A DNA stretch of 64,000 nucleotides, from the NCBI RefSeq assembly GCF_002113885.1, contig NW_018408922.1:1175144-1239143 (forward strand). Reading direction: 5' to 3'. Shown piece by piece: positions 49,545-63,281 of the stretch (positions are counted from its first letter, which is position 1; each line of letters begins with the position of its first letter). The position numbers and the translations under genes were made by a program. The notes under the pieces were generated by a model. That model searched no databases. It had not been told where the DNA came from and saw only the letters and a program-made list of their open reading frames with translations. The DNA is from Mizuhopecten yessoensis (Eukaryota).

Positions 49545-50130
49545 GACACTATACATTTGTTGACTGGGTTTGAGGACAACATGTGTTATGTTAAACCAGA
49601 GGCCCAAACTGTTGCCTGAGGCCGAAGGCCGAAGGCAACAGTTTGGTCCGAGGGTTCAACATAAAACATGTTGACCGAAAACTCAGTCTACAAATGTTTT
49701 GTAATAACTTTTTCAAAATTTCTGACGTTTCCAATTTGGATTTATCTTGAAAAAAATCCCGTGGGAATGCGTTGTGTTTTGCTTCAATATACTCTGTTAT
49801 TAATTTCTCTGCAACTCTGATCACATTTTTGGTGTTTGTACTGTCTCTGCTATTAAGAATTTCATCAATTTCTGCAGCAGCGTATTCCGAAAATCTGTCC
49901 ATGATTGTACATAAGGCAGCCGACATACATATACATTGCAGACGGCCGGAAGCAGACGTGAGCAATACTTCCTATAGGGATGCCACTATTGGTAATTGAT
50001 TAACGGAAGTTGCCGAGTAATGGCCGGGAAGTACCGAATAGTAATGAGCTGTGACGTAAGCAGTCAACATTTCACTCAATGCCAGTCAACATTTTTGTGA
50101 GGCAAACATCCGGAATTTCGAACTTTTTTC
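49545..50130 (-). mobile_element. Crypton (CryptonV-like) element relic with N-terminal ORF remnant
   Basis: Hairpin CCAAACTGTTGCCTGAGGCCGAAGGCCGAAGGCAACAGTTTGG. Repeated CAGTCAACA motifs. Peptide MDRFSEYAAAEIDEILNSRDSTNTK resembles Crypton/KCTD1-like recombinase N-termini. Confidence 0.65.
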
Positions 50131-50131
50131 A

Positions 50132-52950
50132 CTATTGAAGAGTAAAGAGAATAAAAAGTAAAGGTATAACAACAAATGTTATGGACCGAAGTTCGTCCTC
50201 GGAGAGCACATGGAAATCAGAGATGGCTTCCACCGTATCCATTGGTACACCTTTCCATATCATTGAGCGACGCTTTACGTTACTCTCACTGATAACACGG
50301 GTTTGAACAGTGTTGTCTGCCGAAGTACATTCAACCATTTGGCGAGCGACGTCGCAGTCTGACGGTAGAGATGTCTGCAACGGTGGCCTGTATTTGTTGC
50401 ACAATGCAGCGATGATACAGATGAAGTCCACTATATTGGTCAGATCCTTGTTAGGTACAATATTGGACAGGTACTTCCAGGTTTTCAATCTACCGTTGAC
50501 AGTTTCAACCGCCTATCGCAATTTCGTTACCAGCCGGGAATTGTTGGCATCTTCGGTTGACATTTGTTTCTTTCCTTTTTCTAGGAACGGTGGCGAGTGC
50601 GTTTCGATCCCAATTTCTTCGAGGAAAGGAAGAACATCCCGAAATCCTCAAGCATATAGATATCCCATCTGCATTTGTCTGAAACATGTGCTGTGTTATT
50701 GCCGCGTCATTGTTTCTACCGTCAGCGAAGTATGGACCGAGAATACTTACTATGTAGCCATCTGTTGTCGTGACCATCATGGGTTTTATCAGGAGACGGT
50801 ACTTATACATAGAGAAACATTTCCTTTGAAAACTGTGCTTACTGCTTTTTTTGTATGCATATATATGTACCATCCATGATGAGAATGACTGAATCTGAGA
50901 TGGAATTGGAAATAATTGAACGGCTAAATCGGTTTTATGGTTTTCAAGGATGTCTGATCTAGCGATATGTTGAAAACCTAGGTGCGATGGTACGAAGTCC
51001 TTTTTCAAAGCCTTCTTTGCTGGTGCAATGTAATGAGCCACCTTCCGCCTGTTGCTGATTCTACATAATGTTGCAATTACCCTAACGTTAAAGAAACGTG
51101 TCAACATCAGGATGATTTAACATAGATCGATACATAATCATTTTGTTAAAATAGCAAGTGTACAGTATGATTGGGTATAGTACATGTACATGTATATACA
51201 CTATATACTAGCGAATAAACCGACATTTCTAAATATTTCTTCAGGTTGGTAAGTATGGATTAGCGTATGCACACAAAGGTGTAAAATGTGTATGAGTTTT
51301 CCACACAATCGATGTCGATTCGGCTACGTTGTAAACCGTATGTACAATAATTGTTATGTATGTACCATAATGACTCGATTTAGCTACGCTTTGTTTAATA
51401 CTTGGTCATAGATGTGCGAGAATCTATGAGCCCACTCATCTCGATTTAGAACTGGCCCACTCCGGCGTTTTCCAGATGGCTTCCTTTATTTGCCGTTTGA
51501 ACAGATTGCTATGACTTAGCATTAACCAAAGCGTAGCTGAATCGAGTCATTTCGGTACATTTATAACAATTATTGTATACATTCGCTTACAGCGTACTTA
51601 GCCGAATCGACATTACATATCGTACTAGTCATCGAAACGTCACATATACACACTTATTGGTTGTGTAACAAGAACTTTTCATAATGAATAAACCGACACT
51701 TGTGAAAGATTTATTTTCCTCAATCGTGGGACGATATGTTTCAATGAATTACAGACAAGGCGGAGCAGAGTCCGGAGCAATCCTTTACAAGACTGAGATA
51801 TAAAGAATGTCTTATAAGTGATGGTGTTATATAAGTTATATTCAATCGAGTTAATCTATTCTTAAATACAAGTTATAATACCAAGAGCTTTGGGGAGTGA
51901 TTTGTTTGATAATTATCAAAGAGATTGAATATGAATGAAATGCTATTGTCATGCATTTGATATTTGGTTTATCGCAGAACATAATTTAGCTGGAACATCT
52001 TTATTATATTAGTTTGCCGTTATGTGTCGACGTGTTGTTGAAATAATAACAGTTTGGTATAAACTGTATTATTGGCGCCATTTATTTTATGACGTAACAA
52101 TTTAAAGGTGTGATTAGGTATGAAGTATGCAGATATATTACATATAATAATAATAATAATAATAATAGTAATTTTACCTATCGGACACTCCTATACGCAA
52201 CTTCATCAGGGCATTCCAATTGCCTGTCGTGGTGAGCGCGATTTGGTTTTTGTATTGACTTCACTATAGAACGTTTGCCATCAAACTGCTCTCTATGCAA
52301 CCCAGTTGTATTGAGTAATTGATCATCTGTCATATTCATGTTGTCAAAATCAATTTTATCGGTGTTTACTGCAACATTACGGAGTCCAGTAAGAAGAACG
52401 GTTAATTCATATGTGGGCACCTTCGAATTTGATTCCAATGCCATCATATCTACTGTTACCCCCTGTTTCAGTTTTTGGCAATGTAGGTGTGACTTGCAGC
52501 ACCGTGTTCCCTGAGGAATCAAAACACTTTGACTGACAAAGACTTGCAAACTTGCCTCTGACGGAACATTTGTCATGCCATTACCCGTTTTCTTGCAAAA
52601 CACACATCTTGATTCGGCTTGATTCGGTTCTTCCAGCACCTTGGAACGGCAAAATTACATAACGATTTTGGAACTAGATGTCTTACATGTCTTTGCACTC
52701 CTTTTTTTGTGTTGCAGTCTTCCTACATTTCAAGCAAATGAGGCTGTCCTCGCTGATAACTTTTCCCGCATTTTCGGTAAAATATTTCCGATAACGATAG
52801 TTCATTTTGCTTGCTTGGCCATTTTTTTTATTCTGACGCAACAAATCCCACATATTTGGTATTTCGGCATTATTTGTTGGTGTTTGAGCACTAGATATAA
52901 TTACTTTTGCCAGTTGGAGGGTAAAATAATTCATAAATTTCATCAAAAAT
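50132..52950 (-). mobile_element. Decayed PIF/Harbinger-clan (ISL2EU-like, DDE_Tnp_4) transposase pseudogene
   Basis: Frameshifted fragments: Cys-rich CVFC..IPQGTRCCKSHL, TGLHREQFD, HLGFQHI, FQRKCFSMYK..LIKPMMVTTTDGYIVSILGPYFADGRNNDA and KTWKYL..IIAALCNKYRPP. About 1 kb of non-coding interruption at 51107-52178. Confidence 0.85.
51312..51613. mobile_element. MITE with ~100-bp TIRs nested in the transposase relic
   Basis: ATGTCGATTCGGCTA...ATGACTCGATTTAGCTACGCTTTG...GTCATAG / CTATGAC...CAAAGCGTAGCTGAATCGAGTCAT...TAGCCGAATCGACAT. Confidence 0.85.
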
Positions 52951-53749
52951 AGTGTCTTACCTAAAAAGCGTAGTTGTACTGTACACGTGTACAGGGATTT
53001 GCTGACATGCTTCGATAGAAGTATGTCGCACTAAATAGTAACGAAATTATTACTAACAAAAAATGTAAATTAATAGGTATGTTATTAATGTATAAACAAA
53101 ATTTTCCGTCGATTTGAAAAAAAAACCACTATTGCCTTATATTTTTTTTAAATGAATAACTGAAGCAGGACTCGAACCTGCCCCGTTTATTTTCTAGTCA
53201 CAAGTAAACTGCGTTACACATTCATAGAACATATATATATTGGCAATTACAAACTGATTTTACCCGAGAAACACCTGTCGCAGTTTAGAGAAACTTGATC
53301 ACCCCTGTTTTCCATTATTTTGAGCACTTTCCCAAAGGAGGTCCACTTTTCCGTAATACGATTTGTTTTTGCATATTACATCACGGTCACAAAAAGTTGA
53401 AAGTGTTAAAAGTATTTTTTTTAAGTCCGGGAAACCCCATCACTTTCATAGATATATTGCATTTGGCTATATTTGCAGTATCATATTAACAATGCCTAAT
53501 TTCTCAGCAGTTTAAAAGTTCATATTCAATTGGTTTTATATCTTTTCTATGCATTTTCGCTACACGAAATGTTTTACTTCTTAATTGTTTTCCCCGTTTT
53601 CATAACTGCCATCTAAGGGAAATATGGGCAGTTTTCCGCTATAGCTCAAATTTCAATGATAAACTATACACGTGCAACGTTCTTCCAAAAACTTACCTTC
53701 CCCATTTCCCAAGTATAAATTAATAATAATAATAAGTAATATACAACAT

Positions 53750-54182
53750 TTGATATAGCGCCCTATCTACCTAACATAAGCCACTCTAAATGGCTTTACA
53801 GTACATAGATATACAATTAATACAATTAGCATATGCATTGTATTAATTAATTCAATTTTGAGGAATTCGCAGGAGCTGCCTTATCAGGCGCTAACTACTA
53901 GTCCTATGCCACCTGGCTAATATCTCCCTATGTGTATATGCCTGCGTGTGTTCTGGAGACGTATTGTGTTCGGTTTTGCAGTGGGACAATGCTTCCAACG
54001 GCATCTTTTATAGTGCCACATCACTTGAATGCTACAGCAAAGATACCGCAACATCCACCCCAGACCATTTTATACTCAACCTGGGTTGTTGGAGTTGTGT
54101 GTATTCCATGCGTACGACTTCGAGGATCGAACCCTGGCCGTCTGCACGGAAGGCCGAAGTGTTAACCACTCGACCAATCCGC
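53750..54182 (-). mobile_element. tRNA-derived Meta-domain SINE (BivaMeta/BivaMD-like)
   Basis: Reverse tRNA head GGATCGAACCC...TTAACCACTCGACCAATCCGC. Meta-like core TTTTATAGTGCCACATCACTTGAATGC. LINE-like tail ATATAGCGCCCTATC..CTTTACA. Confidence 0.7.
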
Positions 54183-55589
54183 CCATAATGGGTCGTATGT
54201 GGCTTCATTTTCGCGAATTTGCATTGATGAGTGAAGGTGCGCAGCTTAATACGTTCTACACACTCAATTAACACGTACAACACAAGCTAAAGCCGAAGTT
54301 GTATTCTTTAATATTTTCCTCAGCATTTTCTCGCTCTCTAATATTCCACCATAATACATGCACGTGTGTAAGAATGCTATGTTATACATTTATTACTTTT
54401 ACTTTAGGAGAACACGAATCTTCGTTTCTCCGTGGTTTATCATGTGTCACGAGGTCGAAGCCCAATCGAAACATGAGTAATCGAGGGAAAACAAATGATC
54501 GGTTTTGCCTACTGTAAGGGCAATAAATAGTTTATTCTGCCGAAAAATATCAATAAATAAACAATAACACAATTGAAGAGATTATCAGGTTGACGCGCCG
54601 TTTTTGTCGTCTGCTTCAATTATTCGGAACAAGGTTGTGGAGATTTTTCTAGAGGAGCTTCGAATAAGGGAAATGTGATCTGATAAAACAGAGCGCGCGA
54701 GAGGGGGACATGACGTTTTACTCCCCCGTCATGTGACCAGTACCATTAAGTCAGACATGCTGTAATAAAGCTGAGGTATAAAAATATTGTAAGTGTAATC
54801 CCTACTACTGAAGCATTACGTAATATTTTCAGTATGAATCTGATGATCAAAGAAGGCGTTGTAGTCAACTTTCACGGACCAAAGCATTCTTTCATTGTTA
54901 TCAATGTGAGTCATGTGATCAAAATAAGTTAAATTGTACTGCTTTGTTATTCAGTGTTAGTCTTGCGATCAAATCGTGCTGCTGTATCAATTTCAGTGGC
55001 ATACAGCTATGATCCTTAGATTCAGACAAATATATCTTTAAACAATCTGTTTTGAAAAGTCAGCAAAACATCTGTTGATGAATAATCCAAACAAAAAACT
55101 ATAGATAAAGCATATTTAGGGATATATCAGTGAAATGTATATTACAACTGATATTTGTAACTGAGTGTAATTTGAGAGGACAAACACAAGTTAACACGAA
55201 CATCCTATAGATCAGTAAATTAAACCATTTCTACGTGTACTTCCAAGCATATCTAATAGTCAATACAAAATATCTTCTATTGGCATAGAAAGATTCCTTG
55301 TCAGTCTAGAAATGATTTAAGTATCTACAGTAAAGCAATATTAAAGAAAGCCAGCGATCATATATCATACCCACATCAATGGTGAGAGGATAGGGGAGAT
55401 ATAACCCTATGTGTGCCCCTTTCATCACTGTGTTTAATATCGGAAGTAGGGCTGGAACTTTATAGGAAGTAAATATGTATATAGACTAGGTATGCCTTAG
55501 GAGCGTTAGTCTTGTCTTGATGAATGAGACGCCTGTTCTGTGTCTATAACACAGTCATAGATGCGCTTGCCAACAGTGGAATTTAACGT

Positions 55590-55775
55590 TATCAGTGATA
55601 GAGCACAGCTGATGTACTTTAATAATCTAATGACTTAGCTATAGAATTTTCCTAAGCGTACACATATATAAAAGTTATCACTGAGGGAGCACAATTGATG
55701 TACCTTAATCATCTTAAATGACTTACATGTAGATATGGAACTTTTACTTAACGTGTACATATGAAAATATTACAC
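55590..55775 (+). repeat. Two-copy ~88-bp tandem duplication
   Basis: GAGCACA..TGATGTAC.TTAAT.ATCT..ATGACTTA occurs near 55601 and 55687. Confidence 0.65.
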
Positions 55776-56004
55776 GCAAGGCAATGGCCTAATCTCAATT
55801 CATATGGCTCTAAATTAGGATGTTTGCATCACACAGAGTTTATTGTTCGATTTGATGATTTCTTGATAAATCAACGATAAAAAAAAAGTTTTTAAAAATG
55901 TATAAAGGAAAGCTACATATGAACTTCAGTAAGGCATAAATAGTGTGCTATGTTTATATAAATCATAAAGTATACAATTAGATGACAAGATAAAAAGGAC
56001 TTTT

Positions 56005-58615
56005 TTTACTTTGACTTTAAACATATTTTATTAACCAGAATTGGAAAATAGGATTTGGCACAAGTTATTACAACTTATGAAGCCATCTCCTTACAACAAT
56101 AATTCAAAACAACAGATGATGATATAGACTGTCAATTACAATTCATAGTAGTATGAAGCGACACATACACATACAAACAAACAAAAACATATTTTAAAGT
56201 CAAGTCCATAATCGAAACATGTTAAAATCTTCCACTGGATCTAATAAAAGTTTGTACTTGTTTGAATACATCACAATTTGTATCCAAAGCCAGATTTTCA
56301 TTTCCAAACAGTAATAATCTCAACGTTAAATGTACATTTAAATGATTTATATGATCAAAAAGTAGAGTACGAGCATTTGTGTAAGGTTGACATTCAAAGA
56401 AGAAGTGATAGGCATTTTCGCAATGGTAGCCACAAATTAAGCAATTGGAGTCTTGGACCAAGTTTTCACGGTAAAGATCATGTTTGAGAGGACTGCATTC
56501 GTGTCTTAGTCTGGTATGAAGATTGTTTAGTTTTCTGTCATCACGTAGGTAATGAGGTGGTACTGTATATGGTATGTTGGGGACTAGAGCTGATTTAAAA
56601 TATGAGAAAGACATCGATCTAATATTATAGTCTAGAGTATTCCACATTTTTAATGAAGAAGGCAAGAAAGATAAACTTGTAGCAGAGAGTCTGAAATTGG
56701 GAGTTTTGTAGTTATCATTATTTCTAAGAGCATGTCGGTCTTCTCCTACCTTCGTGGGGAGTAGATTTGTTAGGTAGTTTGGGGTTTGATGCCTATTCAC
56801 TTTGTAGATTAACTGAAGTTTTCGTCTTCTTCTTCTATCCGAAAGTAATTCAAGACCAGTTTCTGTATATAATGATTCATTTCTAGCATATGACGGTAAA
56901 CCTGTAATTATTCTAGCTACTTCACGTTGAGCCCTCTCTAACTTTTCAGAATCGACCAGAGTACAACCATCCCAAACCTCACATGCATATTCTAAAACTG
57001 GTAATTTATAAGTTTTGTAAATTCTTAAGAGAGCATCCCGCTTCAACATATATTTGAGTTTTCGCAAAATATTTATTTTTTTCATTACCGATTTATTGAT
57101 TTCACTTACATGATCTGACCATTTTGCATCTGAATTGAATGTAAAGGCGCCTATGCATACTGTTAAAATTCAAAATATTTCCATCAAAAATCAGTTCAAA
57201 ATCTTCCTCTATATCATTTGAATTTGATATGAAAATAACTTCCGTCTTATTTGGATTGAAAGTAACAAGCCAAGTGTTGGCCCACCTATTTAAGGCTTCC
57301 AGGTCCCTATTCAAAACTGTTTGTATATCTAGACAAGAAGATGAATAGCTTTTTAAAGACGTATCATCAACAAAAAGACTTGTTGTAGATTCTAGTACTT
57401 CGGCGATTTCATTAATATAAATTAAGAAAAACAAGAATTGAACCCTGAGGAACTCCAGCACATATCAAACCAGCATCAGAAGAAGAATTATTTATAAACA
57501 CTTTCTGTTGTCTGTTGCTTAAGTAGTTTTCGATCCAAGAAAGGAAATTTCCTGAGATACCATATGATTTTAACTTGACTAATAAACCATTATGCCAGAC
57601 TCTGTCAAAAGCTTTTGAGATGTCACAGAAAACTAAAACTAAACAAGTATGCTTCTTTTCTTCTAGATCAAGACAAATATTATGACATAATTCGATTAAT
57701 TGATACACAACTGAGTGGCCAGGCATAAATCCTGATTGGTACTGATAAAATAGAGAATTTTCAAAAAAATAAAATTTGCAAGTACTTAAAGATAACACTT
57801 TCAAATGTTTTACCAACCGTAGACGAAAGAGAAATCGGTCTATAGTTAGAAGCAGAATGCCTATCACCCTTCTTAAAAAGCGGTAACACTTTAGCAAATT
57901 TCCAAATATCAGGATAAATACAAGTAGATAACGATAAGTTAAAAAGAAGTTTCTAGTGGTTTACATACAGTTTTTGCAGTGTACTTCATCCATGCCTGAG
58001 GCTTTGTCAAGTTTTAAATTCAACAAGACATCACATATTTCATTATAGTTAATTATAGGAGATTCAAATGAACTCTCCGTTTTCGGTTCTAAAATAGGAA
58101 TATCAGTATTGTTATCATCTATGCTAGTGATACTGCAAAAATTGTTATTCAATAAATTTGATTTGTCCTTATCGTCAACTAATAAACGTCCCGATGTTGA
58201 ATCAACTAAAGTAGGAATAGACTGCGAGGTCCCTGAATTTCCCATCAGTCGCCAATATTTTTTAGGATCAGATGAGTAATAAAAATCAATAAGATTTCCA
58301 ACATTTTTACAGAAGGATTTTCTAGCATGCTTTTTCATGTTATTAATTTGTTTCGCTGTTTTTTGAGTTTAGATATATCCCGTGGATGCTTAGAATGCTT
58401 GGCTGTTTTTCGTAATCTATCGCGTAGTCTCATATTTTTTCTCAGGACTAAATTCATCCATGGCTCATCGTTAGGTCTTATAGTAACTTCTTTGTGTGGT
58501 ATTGTTCTACAAGCAAAATCGAAGCCGAATCAACAGAGTTACATGTAGCAAAAAGAGTATTCCAGTCATATTCCTCGATAAGGTTAAATAATACATAGTC
58601 ACCTCTTTTTTAGGA
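56005..58615 (-). mobile_element. CR1-clade LINE, 5'-truncated, frameshifted reverse transcriptase
   Basis: QSGFMPGHS, FCDISKAFDRVWH, GVPQGSIL, FLIYIN..FVDDT, WLVTFNPNKT, PVLEYACEVWD and C-terminal CLICG..CENAYHFFFEC. 3' UTR stem-loop and AATAAAATATGTTTAAA tail. Confidence 0.93.
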
Positions 58616-60385
58616 CTTTTTTATTCGTTACCCAAATGAATTTCGGGTATTTTTGAACTTGTTAAATATATCAGTATATATGATATTACGACTATTTTTT
58701 TTACGCCAAACAGAATTATCTCTAATTGTTAAAGCACGGACTAAGATAGCTAATTATGTGGTTAAAGTAATATACATGTACACGTACTTATGATTTGCTT
58801 GAATAGATATAAGTTAATAAAGATTCATATTCAATCGATTGTGTCGATTCATAAGCGTATTTTTAGCTTTAGATATTATATCTAAATGATATAACCATGA
58901 AATGCCATATACATTATTGTTCTGTATGTATGCATCTGCGAAGCGAATTCTTGCGCCTGTTCATAAGAAGTCTACTATTCATATATAAAAATCGATTTTT
59001 TTTCTGCCCAATACAAACGATCAAATTAAAAGCATATGTCTGTCGCTGTGTTACTCCACTATGACGTCACTGTTTAAGTTGTTATGCAATACACAAATGT
59101 CAAGTACATTGCCTTGTGGCCTTTTATCATATTGGTATGAAAAGAAAATGTCGACAAATATGGCTATCTGTTGTGTGAAATCCAATAAAACAATCATTAA
59201 ACCTTCATAATTTTTTTTTTTTTTAAATGCTCATTATATAACAATATCCTGTCAATGCTTATAAAAATGTGCGATAAAACTACAGAAGTGTAAAATGAAA
59301 ACATGATTGTGGAGTGTTTTTTTTATACATGAATAATTCGTAATACGGAGCACATTCAAATAAACTGATCAAACAACGCTTCCACTTTGGCAACTACACA
59401 CAATCCAGATGTACTACAAAGGTACGACTGGTGTGAAAGTGTGATTTCTGACATATCTGTTTGATATAACTGATATACACTTACATAAATCACCCTCTAG
59501 TATTGGTCATGTCCCTTAGTGGGTAGGCCGACGTGGTTCGGAAACCTCCGCCATAGTGTGTCCATATGGCTATCAATGACACTTGTAGATAATTTTGTAT
59601 AAAGAGGACCCTGTCAAGATAGGGATCACTAATATCGATCTCGCAAATATTGTCATCGGAAAAACAAGTTGACATTGCGATTTTTCTTTCTTGGCAGAAT
59701 GTACGTTGGATATACGCATTTTGAATAATTATTACAGTAAAAAGTTATTTTCAACAGTGGTTGAGTTTTCATCATCCGGATGTTTTTTTCCCCGAGGGAA
59801 TAACAGCAGGAATTACGCACCTTGGAGAATGGCAATACACATTGAATAATTCTTACAGCAAGTAAAACAGTTTTGGTAAGAAAGATTTTTCTTCGTTGGA
59901 ATCTAATAATATTCGTACATATTGAGGAGTGATAAAAATGCCTTGAATAATAGTTAGAGTCAGGAAATATTTCTTTTTTAAGAAAGGTTTCCCTAAACTA
60001 AATGGAAATTAGGAAGATTTATATATACATTGAGATACGATACCTTAAACATTTGATGATTTAATACGAAAGTAAATATTTTTATTAGTTTTTATCTATC
60101 AGAAGTGTCAAAGTCATCTAAAATAAAATAATGATATACGACTTTGATTAGTATTACGTTAAGGTGAGTAAATGTATTGCGTTGGTGATTATTTTCCTCT
60201 CGTAATAAGAAAGGAAAAGTTTATCATTACGTGTATCACGTTAATAATTAAAGTGAGTAGTTTTTTATAGGAATCAATATAAAATATTGTATTCCTAAAG
60301 GGATATCCAAGATTTTAGTTTCGTACATGTATTACCTCCCTATGTGATACAGTAAAGGAGAGTCGTCCGCGTGCGTCAAGTCCTC

Positions 60386-60493
60386 ATGACACCCACAGTC
60401 TGTACCCTGTTGTTCCTGTCAATTCTAACAATGGTCCTTAGCACCCATTTCCGGGGAGGAACGATCAGCTGGAAACCTTTAACAGGAAACACG
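60386..60493 (+). CDS. Coding exon 1 of secreted HFRGG-family ('integrin beta-like'/Sib-like) protein; absent from the ORF track
   Basis: MTPTVCTLLFLSILTMVLS-THFRGGTISWKPLTGNT (signal peptide plus HFRGG motif), 36 codons, then phase-0 donor GTGAGT at 60494. Confidence 0.88.
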
Positions 60494-62069
60494 GTGAGTC
60501 CGCACTAACAGAAATAGCGATAAATCCTCTTAACACGGAATGCTGACGTCTTTCTATGTACATTTATTTCTTGGCGTGACAACCAGTTACGCGATAAAAA
60601 AAAATCTTATTTTAAATATGTAATTATATCTATCTTAAAAGTGTTTTTGTCACATTCTTCTAATTTACTCTTTTCTAATTCGATCTAAATTTTGTTGAAT
60701 TTCCGGGGTTTCTTTTGTATGCATTCTTCGCAAAGTAAAATGAACAGGTTATTCGCTCTGTGTATTGGCAAACATCTTTTAGATGTTTTCAGTTTTTGCA
60801 ACATTCCAATGTCTATTTAATTCATTTAAATAAGGCTCATTAAAACAGAACGTTTCCTGTTTTGTTACCAACAAATTAGACCAGATTAGCATTGCCTGTT
60901 CGTATGGATTTATGCATGCCTATGTCACATCAGTGATTTCGCGGGTAATCTTCATCCACGTATCAAACGTCAACGAAGTTATTATAGATTTGACATGAGA
61001 CAAAAAATGGAGTTTTGTCGTGAAACCACGAAATATTGGCCCCCAAGCAAATATCTGATTTCACAGTATACAAGTTCCATGTTTTAATAAATGGATTAGA
61101 TTAAAACACACGGATTGAATATTGTATGGTCGATCTTGTCGGGGTTATTCAACAGGAACTGCTTAACAGTTAATTAAACTTGTCTCAAGACACACTAGAT
61201 GCAAGCTCCAATGATTTTTGTAAATATTTTCGACATAACGAATGTGTCTTCTTTATGGCTTTGCCATGTTCATCTTTGCCCTACACTATCAATATATGCA
61301 ATTTTACCAGGAGTATTTAAAAACACAACACAATAGTAATTATGGTTAATGTATGCAAAAATATTTACCATTTCTAAAACATGTTGAAATAATCATTAAA
61401 ATAGGTTGTGCTTTTTACCGGTGCGAGCGATGTTTCTGGACTTCGCCATATGTATCAGACAACAATTATAATTTGATTTACTATTATACACAACACACAC
61501 ATTAGAAAATGTATTTGAAACTACGCCATTCGAGGAATAAGGTGCCAGTTCGACAGTTTTAAGAGTTTTATTTAAACAAAGCATTGGACATTAAACCTCC
61601 TGTTCATGTCTTTCTTTGGAAGAGAAATAGGGCGGTATGCACTAGCTGTGATTGCTTGTGTCGGTCGGCCATGTATCCGTGTACTGGATCTGTTTATCGT
61701 CTGTGGTGCTGATAACATTTGCAGATGTATACACAGGTAGTGGGTATTTGTTTCTTTTGCGTCATCGCAGCAGTAAACGTTATTTGCAAACGATGCCAAA
61801 CGATGATATCATCACCTAGTCTTTTCAAACGTCCTTAAATATCTGTTCGACCTTTGCGAGCAAGGCGTCAAACGTTGTATTTGAAACTACATGTAAGCCA
61901 ATAAATGAGATTTTTCTTTATTTTGATTGGGGATAAACTTCAAAACGTCATCTGGACTGTGACTTTAATGCAAACTTTGTAATATAGTGTACAAATGTTT
62001 GTTAATCGTCAACAGGAGCTTTTGATCAATAAATAGAAAATTATTCAGTTTGAACGATTCAGCACAACC

Positions 62070-62425
62070 CCATCCTCGATATCCAGGGGTTACGCTCACT
62101 TACGCTCTTTGCATCCCTGGAATATGTCATAGCAAAATTGAACGCTCAGTGTTAGCCACCTTGTTGCTGAGACAAGAAGACTAGTTTGATCATTTGATGT
62201 ACATCAGAAGAATTTCGCGGTCGCGTAACGGTAAAAAATGACTGACTTTGAAGTCGGGTGTCGCCCCTTTGTAAACTTCAAAGGACATGTATCAGCCTAG
62301 CGATTGGTCCGGTTTTGTTACCCGAGACAAGTCAAACAGCTGTCTTTGTGCCTTCAATTCTGCTATGACATATTCCAGGGGTGCAGAGAGCGTACGTGAG
62401 CGTAACCCCTGGGTATCGAGGATGG
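62070..62425. mobile_element. Young MITE with ~73-bp TIRs and probable 7-9-bp TSD (Mutator-like?)
   Basis: CCATCCTCGATATCCAGGGGTTACGCTCAC...CATAGCAAAATTGAA / TTCAATTCTGCTATG...GTGAGCGTAACCCCTGGGTATCGAGGATGG. Flanks GCACAACC / GCGCAACC. Confidence 0.88.
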
Positions 62426-62504
62426 CGCAACCAATACAATATCATTATACGGCATTAATTATAATTACAATCTTGCTGGAAGATAATTCTCGTTCCTCTT
62501 TAAG

Positions 62505-62767
62505 GTGGAGTTCAAATTCAAAATGGGCTGGTCGCACGGGAAGGGTCCCGGCTGTACGGCAGCAAAGATAGGCCAATTCGTCAGTAACTCCTTCATATCT
62601 GACGACCCCTGGAAGTGTGTTAAGGGGTGTGGTGGGACATCCTACTCCAAGCCAACAGTGGCACCGGTCTACTACTATTGTACGGGTGCCAACAGGGTAG
62701 AAGACTGGGAACAGGGCCAGAACTCATTCAACTATACGTTCAGTGGTCTAGGTCCCTACACTATAAG
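62505..62767 (+). CDS. Coding exon 2 of HFRGG-family protein
   Basis: Acceptor TTCCTCTTTAAG|. Reads VEFKFKMGWSHGKGPGC...WKCVKGC...YYCTGANRVEDWEQG..F.YTF...GPYTI. Donor AG|GTTAGT in phase 2. In frame with exon 1. Confidence 0.9.
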
Positions 62768-62812
62768 GTTAGTAATGTATGTTTTCGTCAACTGTGTTAT
62801 CTTCCACTCAGG

Positions 62813-63160
62813 CATTCTCGAAATCATTGGGTTTCGTCCTCAACACACATCACATGTCTTCTCTGCACTCCTGGAATCTAGCATGACAAAATTGAAGGCA
62901 TGCAGTTAGGTATTTGCTTGGTTTGTGGTATAAAATGTACGAAACGATAGGCTGATACTCGTCAGTTGGAAATTACAGAGGAAAATGCACGACTTCAAAA
63001 CCTGTCGATTTTATCGTTACGCTGCTACGCGATTCTTTTGATCTTCATCCAAAGACATAAGACTGTCTGCTTATAACAACCTTCTTTTTTGACATGACAT
63101 ATCCCAGGGGTGCAGAGAGGTTATTTGTATCGAGAATGGTACCCTTTGATTTCGAGGATG
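62813..63160. mobile_element. Related, older MITE in intron 2
   Basis: CATTCTCGAAATCA...CTCTGCACTCCTGGAAT / ATCCCAGGGGTGCAGAG...TGATTTCGAGGATG. TIR core shared with 62070-62425. Confidence 0.7.
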
Positions 63161-63281
63161 CATCTTCGGGACTGATATTTTTTGTTTTTCATTCACCAAC
63201 TCAATGATAATTCTTGTTGATTAACAAGAGTTGTGTTACTTTTCACCTACTCGAGTATTTTCAACATGTCATGTCTTACAG

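Noticed and set aside
53932-54283. Four overlapping ~80-aa ORFs, or a possible tRNA gene
   Set aside because: They fall within a GC-richer SINE. The tRNA-like part is a SINE head continuing into the Meta core, not a free-standing tRNA.
62768-62909. C-terminal part of the 134-aa ORF at 62505
   Set aside because: Read-through past the splice donor into intron and MITE sequence.
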